From Callorhinchus milii (lineage: Eukaryota), in contig NW_024704743.1 of the NCBI RefSeq assembly GCF_018977255.1, forward strand, positions 57,042,001-57,106,000: 64,000 nt of DNA. Reading direction: 5' to 3'. Of this stretch, positions 1-11,209 are shown piece after piece (the stretch's first letter is position 1; each line of letters starts with the position of its first letter). The notes below the pieces were generated by a model that was not told the DNA's origin, did no database searches, and saw only the letters and a list, made by a program, of their open reading frames with translations. Both the position numbers and the translations under genes were made by a program.

Positions 1-1859
1 TCTTTGCCTTTAAGGTGGAGATGGCATGGAAGGAAACAGAAACCCATCCCACATCCTCACTAAAAAGTATCCACAATGGTCATGTGTCCCCTTCCTTAGG
101 GTCAATTACATATTGGCAGAAAATAACTCAATCTACAGAAGTCATATCTTTTGACTGTTTTAAACTAATGACCACTTTCCCCCTATGCCTTTCTTTTAGT
201 TACAATGTAAAGAGCACCATCAACATTCGAAAATCAGGCGATTGTTGGCATAGTGTTAAATCATATCTTTACAAACACACTGTATACCTTTCCAACTTAT
301 TCATACACAGAATGACAATTAAACCACAAATTTCAGTTAAAAAAACTTGCACTGGATACTGCAGTTATAAAATTATTCTTTGTACTGGTCTTTGTAGTCT
401 TACATGTCATTTTTGCAAGATCATTCAAACAAAGCAGCCAAGTTTAATATAAATCTGAGATTGTTTTATGGAGTTTTGAAGGTTTTACAAATTTGTGCAC
501 ACATCTCTGCATTATACTAAATCATATCAATACAATCTGTTTGGTTCTTAGTGGACTCTATGTAGTGGTACCATCCTATACCGTGCCACAACGGGGCAAG
601 CCTGATTTTCAGCTGGAATAAGTATGTCAATACATTGCCCCCAACTCCTCGTTACAGACACCACCCATCACTCGGGCTACTTCTATCTTACATAAAGACT
701 ATCAGATCTACTGACTTTCACAATGTTCTAGCTTTTTTAAATGATAGGATATATTTTTTCCACATGGAGCTATAAAAAGATTGCAGCCACTGCCTCTTCT
801 GCTACAATTTTTGTCAAAAGTTGCCATAACAAGAATGAATGCTGGATGATGTGGATTTTAGTTGGCAACAATTAAATCTAATATGTGTGGACAAAGAAGG
901 CATTATCTAGTTGTTTTGCCAATATTACCTTACAGTGTATAGTCTGTACTAAAGCCCATTTTGCTCATGTCAACTAGTTACTTAACACTGTTTGAAAATG
1001 AGGGTTCACAGCTAATTAATGAGATCAGTAAAAAGGACAGACTAGAACATGTGATTCTACACTCCTCTATCTACAAATAAAAATTGTCTGCAATATGTAA
1101 GTTTCAAGGTCAGTTTAACACGGCGGTTCCATGTTTGCCCTCAATCAGAGATCACCAGTCATGACACTGCACGTTGTCCACTGAGGTAATAGATTCAATG
1201 CAGGCCAACAACCATGATATTAAATGGAGTACTAATTGCCTGTCTCCTTATTTAATATCAGCTGTATCCCTGTAGCCTTCATTAACTTATCAGTAAAGGA
1301 CACAAAAACAAGAGCAATTTCCATATTACGCCATTACAGAAAAGTATATAATCTCTTCAAACTATACAATCTATAGCAGCCATTTCTTCCAACTACAGTA
1401 CTATTGGGAAATATGCCTTGTATTGCAATGGTTCTCATGCATATTTTGGTGCCCAACTGACCTAAAAATAACAAATGTTTTACTGTAACAGGTTTTTGAG
1501 GCCTTAAAAAAGGGACACATATGGCTTACATAATACACACTTAAAATAACAGAACATTGTAAGAAGGCTAAAGGGTATGAAACAAAATACTAAATCAGTT
1601 GAACTTTAAATATAGTTTGGTGAGTCAAACTATAAAAAAGATGTCACCAGTTTTATGCTGGTATAACTTTTCTTCATAAATCATATCCACCTCCTCCACC
1701 AACCCATCCACTTTGATCTCAAAAGCACATTGTGCCTTACGTCTCACTAGTTGTACATTTTTTTTAAAACGCAAATCTTTTTGTCAAAAGTATTACAGAC
1801 CAGAGTAGAAATAGCTTGGCTCTTAAAAATACTAAGAATTGTCAGCTGCCTTTGGAAAC

Positions 1860-2462
1860 TCATCTCTTCTTTTTCTGCTGCTTCAACATCTTCCTCCTCT
1901 TTATGATCATTTCATACAGTTTTTCCAGTCCCTCTCTAAGCCCATCACCTATGATGGCACACGTAGGTTGGAGATGCCATGGGGTGGAGGAACCCAATTC
2001 ATTTAATGCTAACAGTTTTTCCACTTCAGAAAGAGAAAGGCAGTTCCTTAAATCCTGTTTGTTTGCAATCAAAAGCACAGGCACACCTTGGTTCTCGGAG
2101 ATCCTTGTTATTTTATGCAATTCAGTTTTGGCTTCTTCCATTCTTTCAACATCCACCGAGTCAACCACAAAGACGATGCCATCGGTGCAGCGAGTGTAAG
2201 ATTTCCAAAGTGGTCTCAGCTTCTCCTGACCACCAACATCCCAAAAGTGGAAAGTCACAGCTTTTGAGTTGCCTAAAGTCACTTTGATCTTTTCTGTATT
2301 AAATCCTTTTGTTGGTACAGTGTTGACAAATTCATTAAATTGTAATCTGTACAAAACTGTTGTTTTGCCAGCGCAGTCTAGGCCCAGAATAGCAATGTGG
2401 AGAGATTGGAAAGAAGGGAAGTTTGACAAAATAGGAGTTTGATCTGAGAGTCCATTACCCAT
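1860..2462 (-). CDS. ARL4A: ADP-ribosylation factor-like GTPase 4A (200 aa, single coding exon)
   Basis: ATG at 2462 gives MGNGLSDQT (Gly2 myristoylation site). Has P-loop [24 protein letters not shown] and a basic C-terminus [13 protein letters not shown]. 603 nt ending in TGA. Adjacent to SCIN as in human. Confidence 0.97.
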   Translation of the reverse strand: MGNGLSDQTPILSNFPSFQSLHIAILGLDCAGKTTVLYRLQFNEFVNTVPTKGFNTEKIKVTLGNSKAVTFHFWDVGGQEKLRPLWKSYTRCTDGIVFVVDSVDVERMEEAKTELHKITRISENQGVPVLLIANKQDLRNCLSLSEVEKLLALNELGSSTPWHLQPTCAIIGDGLREGLEKLYEMIIKRRKMLKQQKKKR

Positions 2463-2582
2463 CTCGTACTTAAGAGGTAAAAATGCAGATGTCCACACTG
2501 AAACACGTTTCAATATTTCAGAAGATTGCTGATCATCCCAGTCTGGCAACTTTGAAGATCCACTGAAGGTTAGCTATATCAC
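2463..2582 (-). other. ARL4A: ARL4A exon 2, 5'UTR part
   Basis: Minus-strand acceptor ttctatgtttatccag|GTGATATAG; exon starts at 2582, 120 nt upstream of the ATG. Confidence 0.7.
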
Positions 2583-3438
2583 CTGGATAAACATAGAATT
2601 AAAACATACATTATGCACAATTACACACAATGTAGAGAGCATGAAATCATATTAAGAAAAACAGCTTACATATAAGTTAGTTAGTGTGCAACTATACAGT
2701 GATAATCAGACTTGAAAGCTCCATAACAGTAACGTCAAATTAACAAATTGTTTGACCATCTTGCGATTTTTGGAGAAAGTACTAAAAAATAGTTTGCTCC
2801 AATTGTGAGATACAGCACTGAAGCTATCCTGTATATAATAATAATAGGCTAATTATTTAAGAAATGGGATTGGTTCCCAAATGCAGTTTGGGCTACTGTT
2901 GGGATTCTTACCCCAAGTGATCTATCAGGCCAGAGAACAAAATCACAAGGCGGATCTCCATTCATTACCCTAAATCGATGAGTGTTGTTGAGCAGTTATT
3001 TAAAATGCCTGAATCAGCAAAGCGTGCAAATACGATACCGTCCTATGTACCGTACCGACCGCTTTCCTCACAAAGCACCGCACAGTTGAGTATAAACAAC
3101 GCCATATCGTTGGTAAAGCTCTTAATTACATCCACCTCCCACAACACTAGGATTATTATTATTATATTCCAATTAAAACGGTGCAGGAAACGTGAAAATA
3201 TCCAAACACTTCTGTGCAACTTTTGCACTGCAGCATATTATTTATATTATTATCACAATGGTTACAGTCTGATCAATAAACTGCCACACCGCGACGGGGA
3301 AGCTGCAGAAATCCATCCATTGGAAACATACTGTAGCTCCAAACGCCATCCGCAGAAACATTTGCTCAGGTTCTTGCAAATCCCTCTCCCTGAGGCTAAA
3401 AGCAGTAAAACAATCTCGCTCTTGCTCTTTTTGTTATT

Positions 3439-3732
3439 GAGAGACCTGAGTTCAATTCCAGGCAGAGGGCGAAACCTTGGGCAAGTTTCCTTACTCCACA
3501 CAGAGCCTAATAATAATCCCTCCAAAACCAACAACAATAATAAATTGGTCATTTTCAATCCACGACTGTTTGTGGGACATTGCTGTGCACAATTGGCTGC
3601 CGCGTTCGCCCACAAATATACAGTCAATTCACTCTACAGTGTGTTCTGTGAAGCGCTTTGGGACGTCCTCCCGACGTGAAAAGCGCTATATCAAATGCAA
3701 GGATTATTATTATATTCTTTATTATTATTATT
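3439..3732 (+). mobile_element. Young tRNA-derived SINE, 5'-truncated
   Basis: Near-identical to the copies at 15357 and 49262 from the B box onward; ends in the shared stem-loop tail and (TTA)n. Confidence 0.9.
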
Positions 3733-4033
3733 GCGCCCAACTTACCCCCTCCTCCTTCCTTGCATATAAACTGCATTTAAACCCACCCTCCCGGAGTCTG
3801 CTCCGGGCAGGTCAGGTCAGGTCGGTGCTGCATCACGACCTCCGTCGGTGCCGCGCGGTAGATAACAAGTTTGTGCACACGACGTGGGTTCAAAGTTACA
3901 CGTACGATTCAACAAGTTGTGGGCTCGGCAGCGCAGCCCCGGAGCCCTCTACACACGGACCCCCCGCCGCCACCCTCCCGGCACTTTAAAACCACGGGCG
4001 AGGAAGAAATGTGAACAAGTGCGCGGCTCAGGA

Positions 4034-4106
4034 GGGGCTCCGGCTCGGGGGGGGGGGGCTCGGGGGGGGGGGGGGCTCCGGCTCGGGGGGGGGGGGGGCT
4101 CCGGCT
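4034..4106 (+). repeat. G-rich tandem repeat (poly-G runs separated by CTC/CTCCGGCTC)
   Basis: One GGGG run plus three long G homopolymers with repeated linkers. Confidence 0.9.
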
Positions 4107-4430
4107 ACGGGCAACTGCCAGCTCGGGAGACAGACCCAGAGCAAAGAGAAACACAGTCACTAATCTGACTATCTCGAGACAGAGGAAAGGAAACATTTAT
4201 ATACATAAACACGTAAAACTGTATACCATATATCTTTCTATATATACATATACATTACACACACCTATGTACATAGGTCTGTATGTATCTAACTACACAC
4301 ACACACACACAGAGCGAGAGGGTGAACCCTATGTACAATCACCAACTTCCCAAACCAGAATCTGCCAATGAGATAAATCAATTGACGTTACGACCGCCCG
4401 ACATGAACCCCGACACTGAAGGGCACTCAC

Positions 4431-4550
4431 CAGCATCGCGGTTCACCGTGACGAGTGCAGCAGAGCCGAGTCCCCATAGCGAGAGAGAGAGAGAGAGAGG
4501 CGTCAATGCAGCGACAGAGACACACACAACTCAACACTGAGACCCGGAGA
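4431..4550 (-). other. ARL4A: Putative non-coding exon 1 of ARL4A (5' end approximate)
   Basis: Consensus donor CTG|gtgagt at 4431/4430, lying just downstream of a CCAAT/GC-box cluster inside the CpG island. Confidence 0.7.
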
Positions 4551-4559
4551 GCGCGGCCA

Positions 4560-4780
4560 CTGCGTCATTCAGAGCCGCCCTCCCACTGCTGCTGCGGACC
4601 CCACCCATTGGCTCCACCCACACAACCGTCCATTGGCTCCCCACAGAAGCCCCGCCCATTGGCTCCCCCTCCAGCCCCGCCCATTGAACTGCATCGCCTG
4701 CCAATCACCTCCGCTTGCCCCGCCCCCCCCCCCCGCACCCCATCACCGGGAGACGGCGTCCATTCAGCGTCACCACGTGA
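4560..4780 (-). promoter_or_regulatory. ARL4A proximal promoter with CCAAT boxes, GC boxes and an E-box
   Basis: ATTGG at 4607, 4632 and 4658; CCAAT at 4701; CCCGCCC boxes near 4651, 4676 and 4718; CACGTG near 4774. Confidence 0.7.
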
Positions 4781-5050
4781 AGATGAGGATTAAAGCGAAG
4801 TCAAAGGGAGCGCTCCACAGCCCTCACTCGCTTTGATCCGAATTAATCGCACAGACCCGGACCCGTCGGCAAACGTCGGGCGGCTGGGCAGCAAAATAGA
4901 CAAGATATCCCTACCAGCGGACAAGGTCAATGTTTGCCGGGAGGGAGCGCAGGCTGACGGCAGCAGGTGTGAAGCTGAGACTGTCAGCGGATCAACGGCG
5001 ACCCCGCGCGGCGGCGCATCACTACCTCCCCCCCCCTCGCGGGATCTGCT

Positions 5051-5092
5051 CGTCTGATTGGCTGGCGTCTGATTGGCTGGCGTCTGATTGGC
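5051..5092 (+). repeat. 15-bp tandem repeat CGTCTGATTGGCTGG (about 3 copies), each carrying a CCAAT box
   Basis: Direct reading of the sequence. Confidence 0.9.
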
Positions 5093-5295
5093 GGGTGGGG
5101 GCGGGGGATTTGATTCAAAATTCAAACCAGCGTCAGCGCGAGGCCGCGGGTAACCGCCACCAGGTCAATTAGACCCTCCCCCACCCCCCCCCTCCCCCAC
5201 CCACCCCCCCTTCCCCCACCATAGGCTTGTAGTAATAATAAATGATAATATCACCAAATTAAAAGAAAACAATGAATTTGAACCCGCAAATCCTC

Positions 5296-5369
5296 GCAGC
5301 GCCTTGGGACGTCCTCCTGACGTGAAAGGCGCTTTATAAATGGAATCTTGTTGTTGTTGTTGTTGTTGT
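5296..5369 (+). mobile_element. L2 LINE 3' terminal fragment
   Basis: Matches the last ~70 bp of the L2 copy ending at 63640, including (TTG)n. Confidence 0.85.
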
Positions 5370-7194
5370 TTTTCCCTCTTCCTACAGACCTTTTCTTACA
5401 CAGTTTCAAAAGCACTGGCCTAAATAGGCCCGGGCTGCACCGGAGCCAGCACATGGTAACGGGCCACTTTGGGGCGAATATTCGGTAAATTGGGCTGTGA
5501 ATGTAAGCGCAGAGAGACTCCGCCCAGGGTGAAGGCCGCTATATAAATGCAAATGTTGTTTTATTTTCTAACGAAGCCACATGAGTTGCTGCCGCCCTGA
5601 GCTGAGCTCTGGCCTCCTGCACCTCCCCCGATGGGTGTCCAGGGCTTTGGGATGTACTTCTGACATGAAGGGTGCTGTGTAAATATAAATGTGCAATTTA
5701 ATTCATTAATAAATAAATGAATAATTATCCTTGCATTTGATATAGCGCTTTTCACATCATCTCGACGTCTCAAAGCGCTTCACAGAATAGGCTGTAAAGT
5801 GAATTGACTGTATATTTTTGTGCTGTATAAATGTTTATTATGTCTACTCCCCTGGCGAGGTATCCCCTAATTTTACCATCTGTCATGTCCGCTCCTCAGT
5901 TTTCAAAATTATTTTTAGTGTCCCATGACGCTATTCAAAAAGAGAAAAAAGTTTTTTTTTTCCTCCCCCTATCAAGATCCCTCCAGATATATGTATTATT
6001 CACTCGTGGCTCTTTGTGGGACCGTGCTGAGTATAAATTGCCACAATTTGCTGTCGGGTTTGCCTAGAAATAAACCGTCTCTACATTGGATAGCGATTAT
6101 CTGTGAATCGCTTTGAGACGTTTCAACCTTAAAGATGCAATATCATATTGCAGAGATTATTATTATTGAATATCTCTTTGAAGTTGCCCCTTAATTCTCC
6201 CCACATTTGTGAAAAAAGACCTAAATTTTCAAGTCTCCGAAACTTAAATTTACATGGATACATCCACAAATTGTCAGTGTTCTGTTAGCTGGTATCTGAA
6301 TCCCAGTGAAGTGATTAGCAAGAAGGAAATTGAGGTCCTACTGTGATCAGAAATAAAAATGAGCTACGGATTGTTATTGCATCTCTATGTAGGTCACCAG
6401 TAAATTGAATGAACATTGGAATGTGTGAATTAGAAAATACTGAATACAGATTGCACACAGACCAGTTTCATCTTTCTCTTTCCTCGTACCAATTCTTATC
6501 ACTTTTGCTTTAACTTTCAACGGAGTGAATTCATTATTCTAAATGCGTTTCTGCACGACCACTCCTTAAGTTACAAGAATTTTCAATCAATGTAGGAAGT
6601 TGTCTTCAGGCATGATTTTCATTGCGTTAAATAAAACTGGTGGCAATCAATTGCACTTGCTGTGTTCAGCTGGGGTAGAGAGAGCTCTTCAGGGACATTG
6701 GTACCTTGCCCATACTCTTCATTTGACAGTTCATCAACAGTCCTATTTTGAGGTGCACCAAAATTTGGAGACTCCTGCTATAAAATTGAATTGGTGTTTT
6801 ATTTTATAACTTTCTTTTTCTAGAAATAATGATTTTCTCCCAACAAAGGACACAATGTAAAAACATGTGCTTGTTATTATTATACTCCCCAAACCTATTT
6901 TATATTTATCTTAAGGTCTTTGGCATGCTACCCCAAGTGTAGTGTGCTATATAAATGTAAGTTGTTGTTATCTCTTATTTTTCCTATATACCCTGTACCT
7001 GGAGCTTAATAGGTGGTTGAAGTGAACGTATATGGTCATTGTTTGAAGGTTGGTAAATTTACAGACTTTGGCAGCGTGACTTTATAATGGGTTCATCCTA
7101 TCATAAGTTTAAACTGTCAATATCAGTACATTTTCATAGCAGCACAAGGAATAAAATGCAATGCCATGTCAAGGACTGTAAATTTATGATTAGA

Positions 7195-7420
7195 TTTGCC
7201 AAGACAAGAGGACAAGGGTTCAAGTTTGTGAAGGACAATTTTAGGACAGACAACATGAAAGTAATCAGCAGCTGTAATGCATTACGAAAAAGGGTAATTG
7301 AGGCTAGGACAGTCAACTCATTTAAGAAATAAATTGATGCTGTAATCGGAGGAGGGTGGCTTGAGTTTTCTGGAAGAATGACATCAAAATGGGATTGAGT
7401 TCTTCACCTGTACCTCTTTT
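7195..7420 (+). mobile_element. CR1 LINE 3' fragment
   Basis: Translates to TRGQGFKFVK..FRTD..NAL..VIEARTVNSFKK, typical of the CR1 ORF2 C-terminus. Confidence 0.7.
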
Positions 7421-8000
7421 GTGTCCTTGTGATAGGACCTTTGGAGAAATTGTTTTTGGACAACATTGCTGCTGAAATAGTTGCTCTGTTTAAATGCTGC
7501 AGCTGTTGTAATTTTGAAATGGATTTTAAATTATTTTATAGATGGTATCATTGGGTGTTTACAGTACAGAAAGAGGCCATTCGTTCAATGATGTCTGGAC
7601 AGGTGCCAGCTACCTCACTGACTACCCCTTGGGACGTGAAAGGTGCTATACAAATGTAATCTTGTTGAAGTTACCTGTTATAATCTCATATTTAGTTACT
7701 GTCACAAATTTACAATTGTCTGATTTAACCTTTTATCGAATGAACTCAGCTCCACCGGACTTCACTCCTTCCAAGCTTATTTTGTGTCTTGCACTGTTAA
7801 TTTAGGCACAAGCAATCATGCTCAGACTAACCCTGGCCGACAATAAAGCACCAGGAAATGGCTCTTCAGTCTCTACAAAATAGCGATGAAAATAGAAGTC
7901 CATTTTCTGTAGATCTTAGAATAACTTGTGGAAGACTGGCTTCAAAGTTCGGGCTGTCTAATAACTTGCTAATTTCTTGCTGATCTAAAATGCTACATAA

Positions 8001-8790
8001 ATATAACAAAAAATGACACTTGTAATAGCGCCTTTCACGTTGGGAGGTGTCCCAAGGCGCTGGACAGTCAGTGTTTCGGACCCAAGCTGGTGGTTGGAAT
8101 TGGGGGAAGGTGTAGGGCAGGAGGGAAGGGATCGAAAGCACGGTCGAAGAGGAGGGTCTTGAGATGAGGAGGGTCTTGAAGGAGGCAAAGGAGGGGGCAA
8201 GGTAGAGGGACTGTGGGATGGAGTTCCGGAGGGTGGGGCAGGCAAGACGGGGGGAGGTGAAGCAGTCTAGAGCCTGCTGAACGGAGTGAGCAGGCAGGAT
8301 AGTAGGGGTTTAGGTGGTTACAGAGGTAGGGGGGAGTGAGGCCATGGAGGGCTTTGAAGATGAGGGCCAGGATCTTGAACTGTATCCTCTGTGTGATGGG
8401 AAGCCAGTGGAGTCAGGTGAAGATGGGGGTGATAGGGTCACAAAGCCTAGTGGGGGAGAGGACACGGGCTGCAGAGTTCTGGATGATCTGCAGCCTGTGG
8501 AGGGAGGAGTTAGGGAGGCCAACAAGCAAGGAATTTGCATAGTTAAGCCGGGATGTTCTGAATGCGTGTATGAGGGTTTAGGCGACGTGTGGTGTAAGAC
8601 AGTGGTGGAGCTGGATGATGTTGCGGAGTTGGGGAAAGTCAGTGTGTCATGCCACGGATGTGGGGTAGAAAGGATAGTTGAGGGTCAAACAAGACCCCAA
8701 GGTTCTGGACTGGCTTAGCAAGGTGGAGTGTGCAACCATGGATGGCGATCCACTGTCAGCGCCTGAGGTGTGGAGACGCTGACGTGAGCT
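8001..8790 (-). mobile_element. L2 LINE, 5'-truncated, degenerate
   Basis: Reverse-strand LHWLP / FKIL..FKALHG-type coding remnants and the shared 3' stem-loop tail. Confidence 0.85.
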
Positions 8791-9094
8791 GAATGTCCTG
8801 TTTTGTGGAGTATCACTCTATGTCAGTGGTGGCCAACCTTTTTGGTCAGCAAACAAAACAAATGTTCTTGATTGAATATTTCTTGATTTATGCCATAAAT
8901 ATTCAATCAAGTTAAAAATGGAAACAAAGCATTGATTTAAAACAGACACTACTGTGAATGTTCAGTGGGCCCTTTCTTTCCACCTCTGGCTCAACAGCTC
9001 CAAAAGTAGTAAGTAAAAAATTATTAATCAAACATAGAAAAAAACGAAAAGTTTACGGTACTTTTTCTACACAAAATCACAAGATTGGTTTGGA

Positions 9095-9360
9095 TGAAGA
9101 AGGCCTTGAAGAAATTCGATCTCATCCTCCCAGAACACTCATCCTATTGTCCCATCAAACTGCTTTTTAAATGAGTCCAATATTCTGGCATCTGCCACCC
9201 TTCCTGGCAACCTGTTCCAGTCGTGGATTACTCTGAGTAAAGAAAAGCTTCCTGGTATCTGTTCTGAAATTTGCATTTACAACTCAAACTATGTCCTCCT
9301 GTTATACTGTTTTGTCACACACTAATGTACTGATCTGGGTTTACTTTTTCAATCCAATTA
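9095..9360 (-). mobile_element. CR1 LINE 3' fragment
   Basis: Reverse complement resembles the CR1 ORF2 end (WNRLP-type motif) and 3' UTR. Confidence 0.6.
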
Positions 9361-9556
9361 AAGTAACATGTTATATGCCTACAGGAAACAATAAGAGGAT
9401 CAGGTTTGTAATAATAATAATACTTGCATTTGATGTAGCACCTTATCACATCATCAAGATGTCTCAAAGCGCGTCACACTATAAAGTATGGCAATTGTAT
9501 ATTTTGTGGGCAAAAGGTTTCTTTCTGTCTTCCTTTTCTTTTTCCTCATTTAGACT

Positions 9557-10300
9557 TCCTGTCTTGTTTGACCCTGAACTGTCCTTTCTCCCCCACATCT
9601 GCGCCATGACTGGCATTGCCTACCAACACCTCTGCAACATTACCAGACTCTGCCACTGCCTCACCCCTCAGGCTGCCGAAACCCTCGCTTACGCATTCAT
9701 CACCTCAAGGCTCGATTATGGGAACTCCCTCCTCATCGGCGTTCCCAACTCTTCCCTTCACAAACTGCAGATCATCCAAAACTCTGCAACTCGTGTACTC
9801 TCACGCACCAGGCTCCGCGACCCCATCACTCCCACCCTCGCCCGACTCCACTGGCTCCCCATCCCCCAGAGGATCGAGTTCAAGATCCTTGTCCTCACCT
9901 TTAAGGCCATCCATGGCCTTGTCCCCTCCTACCTTTCTGACCTGCTGACTCCCTACCAACCTGCCCGCTTCCTCCATTCAGCCGGCTCCGGCCTGCTCCA
10001 TGTCTCCTGCCCGACCCACCCTACCATCGGTGGCCGGGGTTTCAGCCTCTCTGCCCCCGCACTCTGGAACTGCATCCCACAGTTCCTTTGCCTCGGTTCT
10101 TCCCTCCAATCCTTCAAGACCGATCTCAAGACCCTTCTCTTTGACCGTGCCTTTGGTCTCCCTCCCACCTCGCTGACTTCCCTCACCTCTACACCACCCC
10201 TCCCCCATACTCGGCCCTCAACAGCTGACTGTTCAGCGCTTTGGGACGTCCTCCCGACGTGAAAGGCGCTCTATAAATGTAATTTTGTTGTTGTTGTTGT
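9557..10300 (+). mobile_element. L2 LINE, 5'-truncated; ORF2 C-terminal region still open
   Basis: L2-clade motifs AFITSRLDYGNSLL, LQIIQNSATRVL, LHWLPIPQRIEFKIL, APALWN, FKTDLKTLLF; stem-loop tail and (TTG)n. Confidence 0.92.
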
Positions 10301-10909
10301 TCCTCTTCTCTCTTTTCAAAGGCCTCTCCAGATAAACAATGGGGGAGGTGAGTGTTTGCCCACACTAGGCTAAACTCTGATCTAAATGAATGATTTTAAT
10401 TAATTCAAGTTTCGGGGAAATTTGGGAGTCAAAGGACTCATTCAATTTGAAATGTGAAACAAATTTGGCTATTGTGTTTGAACAATGACCATGGAGTACC
10501 TTTAAGGCTTTAGCAGATTAACAGGGGAGTGTGTGGAATTAGTGTGAAAAAAGACAATAAAATGTCCTTCCTAGGTTCCATATCCATGTTGTTACTTGAT
10601 CGCAGCTGGTTATCAACAATCAGCTTCTACACCTCAATTTACCTCTTGATCACCACCCAGAAACTTCTGCTGGGTATGTATGCTTGTGTATAGATGTCAG
10701 ATGAAGATGCAAATACTTCCTCTCCTACGTATGATCGAATAGTCTGCCAATGTTGCCAAGACTCATGAATGAATAGGGGCCAATTGGCATCTGTACCCCC
10801 GTAGAAGGAAACAATAACCAAATACTGTCAGTAGAGGAAGAGAGAATCTTGTGAGAGGTCACACTTAGGTGTTGTGAATCGCAGATCATGCATGCTTCTA
10901 AAAAAAAGG

Positions 10910-11209
10910 TAATAATAATAATCCTTGCATTTGATATAGTGCTTTTCACATCATCTAGACGTCTCAAAGCGCTTGACAGAATGTACTGTAAAAAGGGAAT
11001 TGCCTGTATAATTGTGGGCGAAACATGGCAGCCAATTGCGCACAGCAGTGTCCCACAAACAGTCGTCGATTGAAGTGACCGATTTATTATTTTTTTCTTG
11101 AGGAATTATTAGATGTGTGGAGAAAGGAAGCTTGCCCAAGGTTTTGCCCTGCTGGGAATCAAACCCAGGTCTCTCAGATGAGTGCTCTAACCCTGAGCTA
11201 CAGGACTCC
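10910..11209 (-). mobile_element. tRNA-derived SINE, near full length, diverged
   Basis: Reverse complement of the 15357 family, from the GGAGTCCTGTAGCTCAG head to the (TTA)n tail. Confidence 0.85.

Larger units (their letters stand above)
3760..5170. promoter_or_regulatory. CpG island over ARL4A promoter, exon 1 and start of intron 1
   Basis: Abrupt rise in GC and CpG density relative to the AT-rich, CpG-poor flanks (judged by eye). Confidence 0.85.

Noticed and set aside
2463..2549. 29-aa N-terminal extension of ARL4A in the ORF track
   Set aside because: It starts at TTG (prokaryote-style calling). The ATG at 2462 yields the canonical 200-aa protein with Gly2 for myristoylation.
3760..3825. 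TATA-like CATATAAA and CAGGTCAGGTCAGGTC on the plus strand
   Set aside because: Short motifs with no independent support for an antisense promoter or nuclear-receptor element.
2978..3989. Overlapping 233-aa and 170-aa ORFs
   Set aside because: They read through a SINE; the same peptides recur at other SINE copies (15437, 49105, 49340).
9291..10262. 323-aa ORF as a host gene or domesticated protein
   Set aside because: Chance fusion of flank and antisense SINE sequence with a truncated L2 ORF2 end; no RT or endonuclease core.
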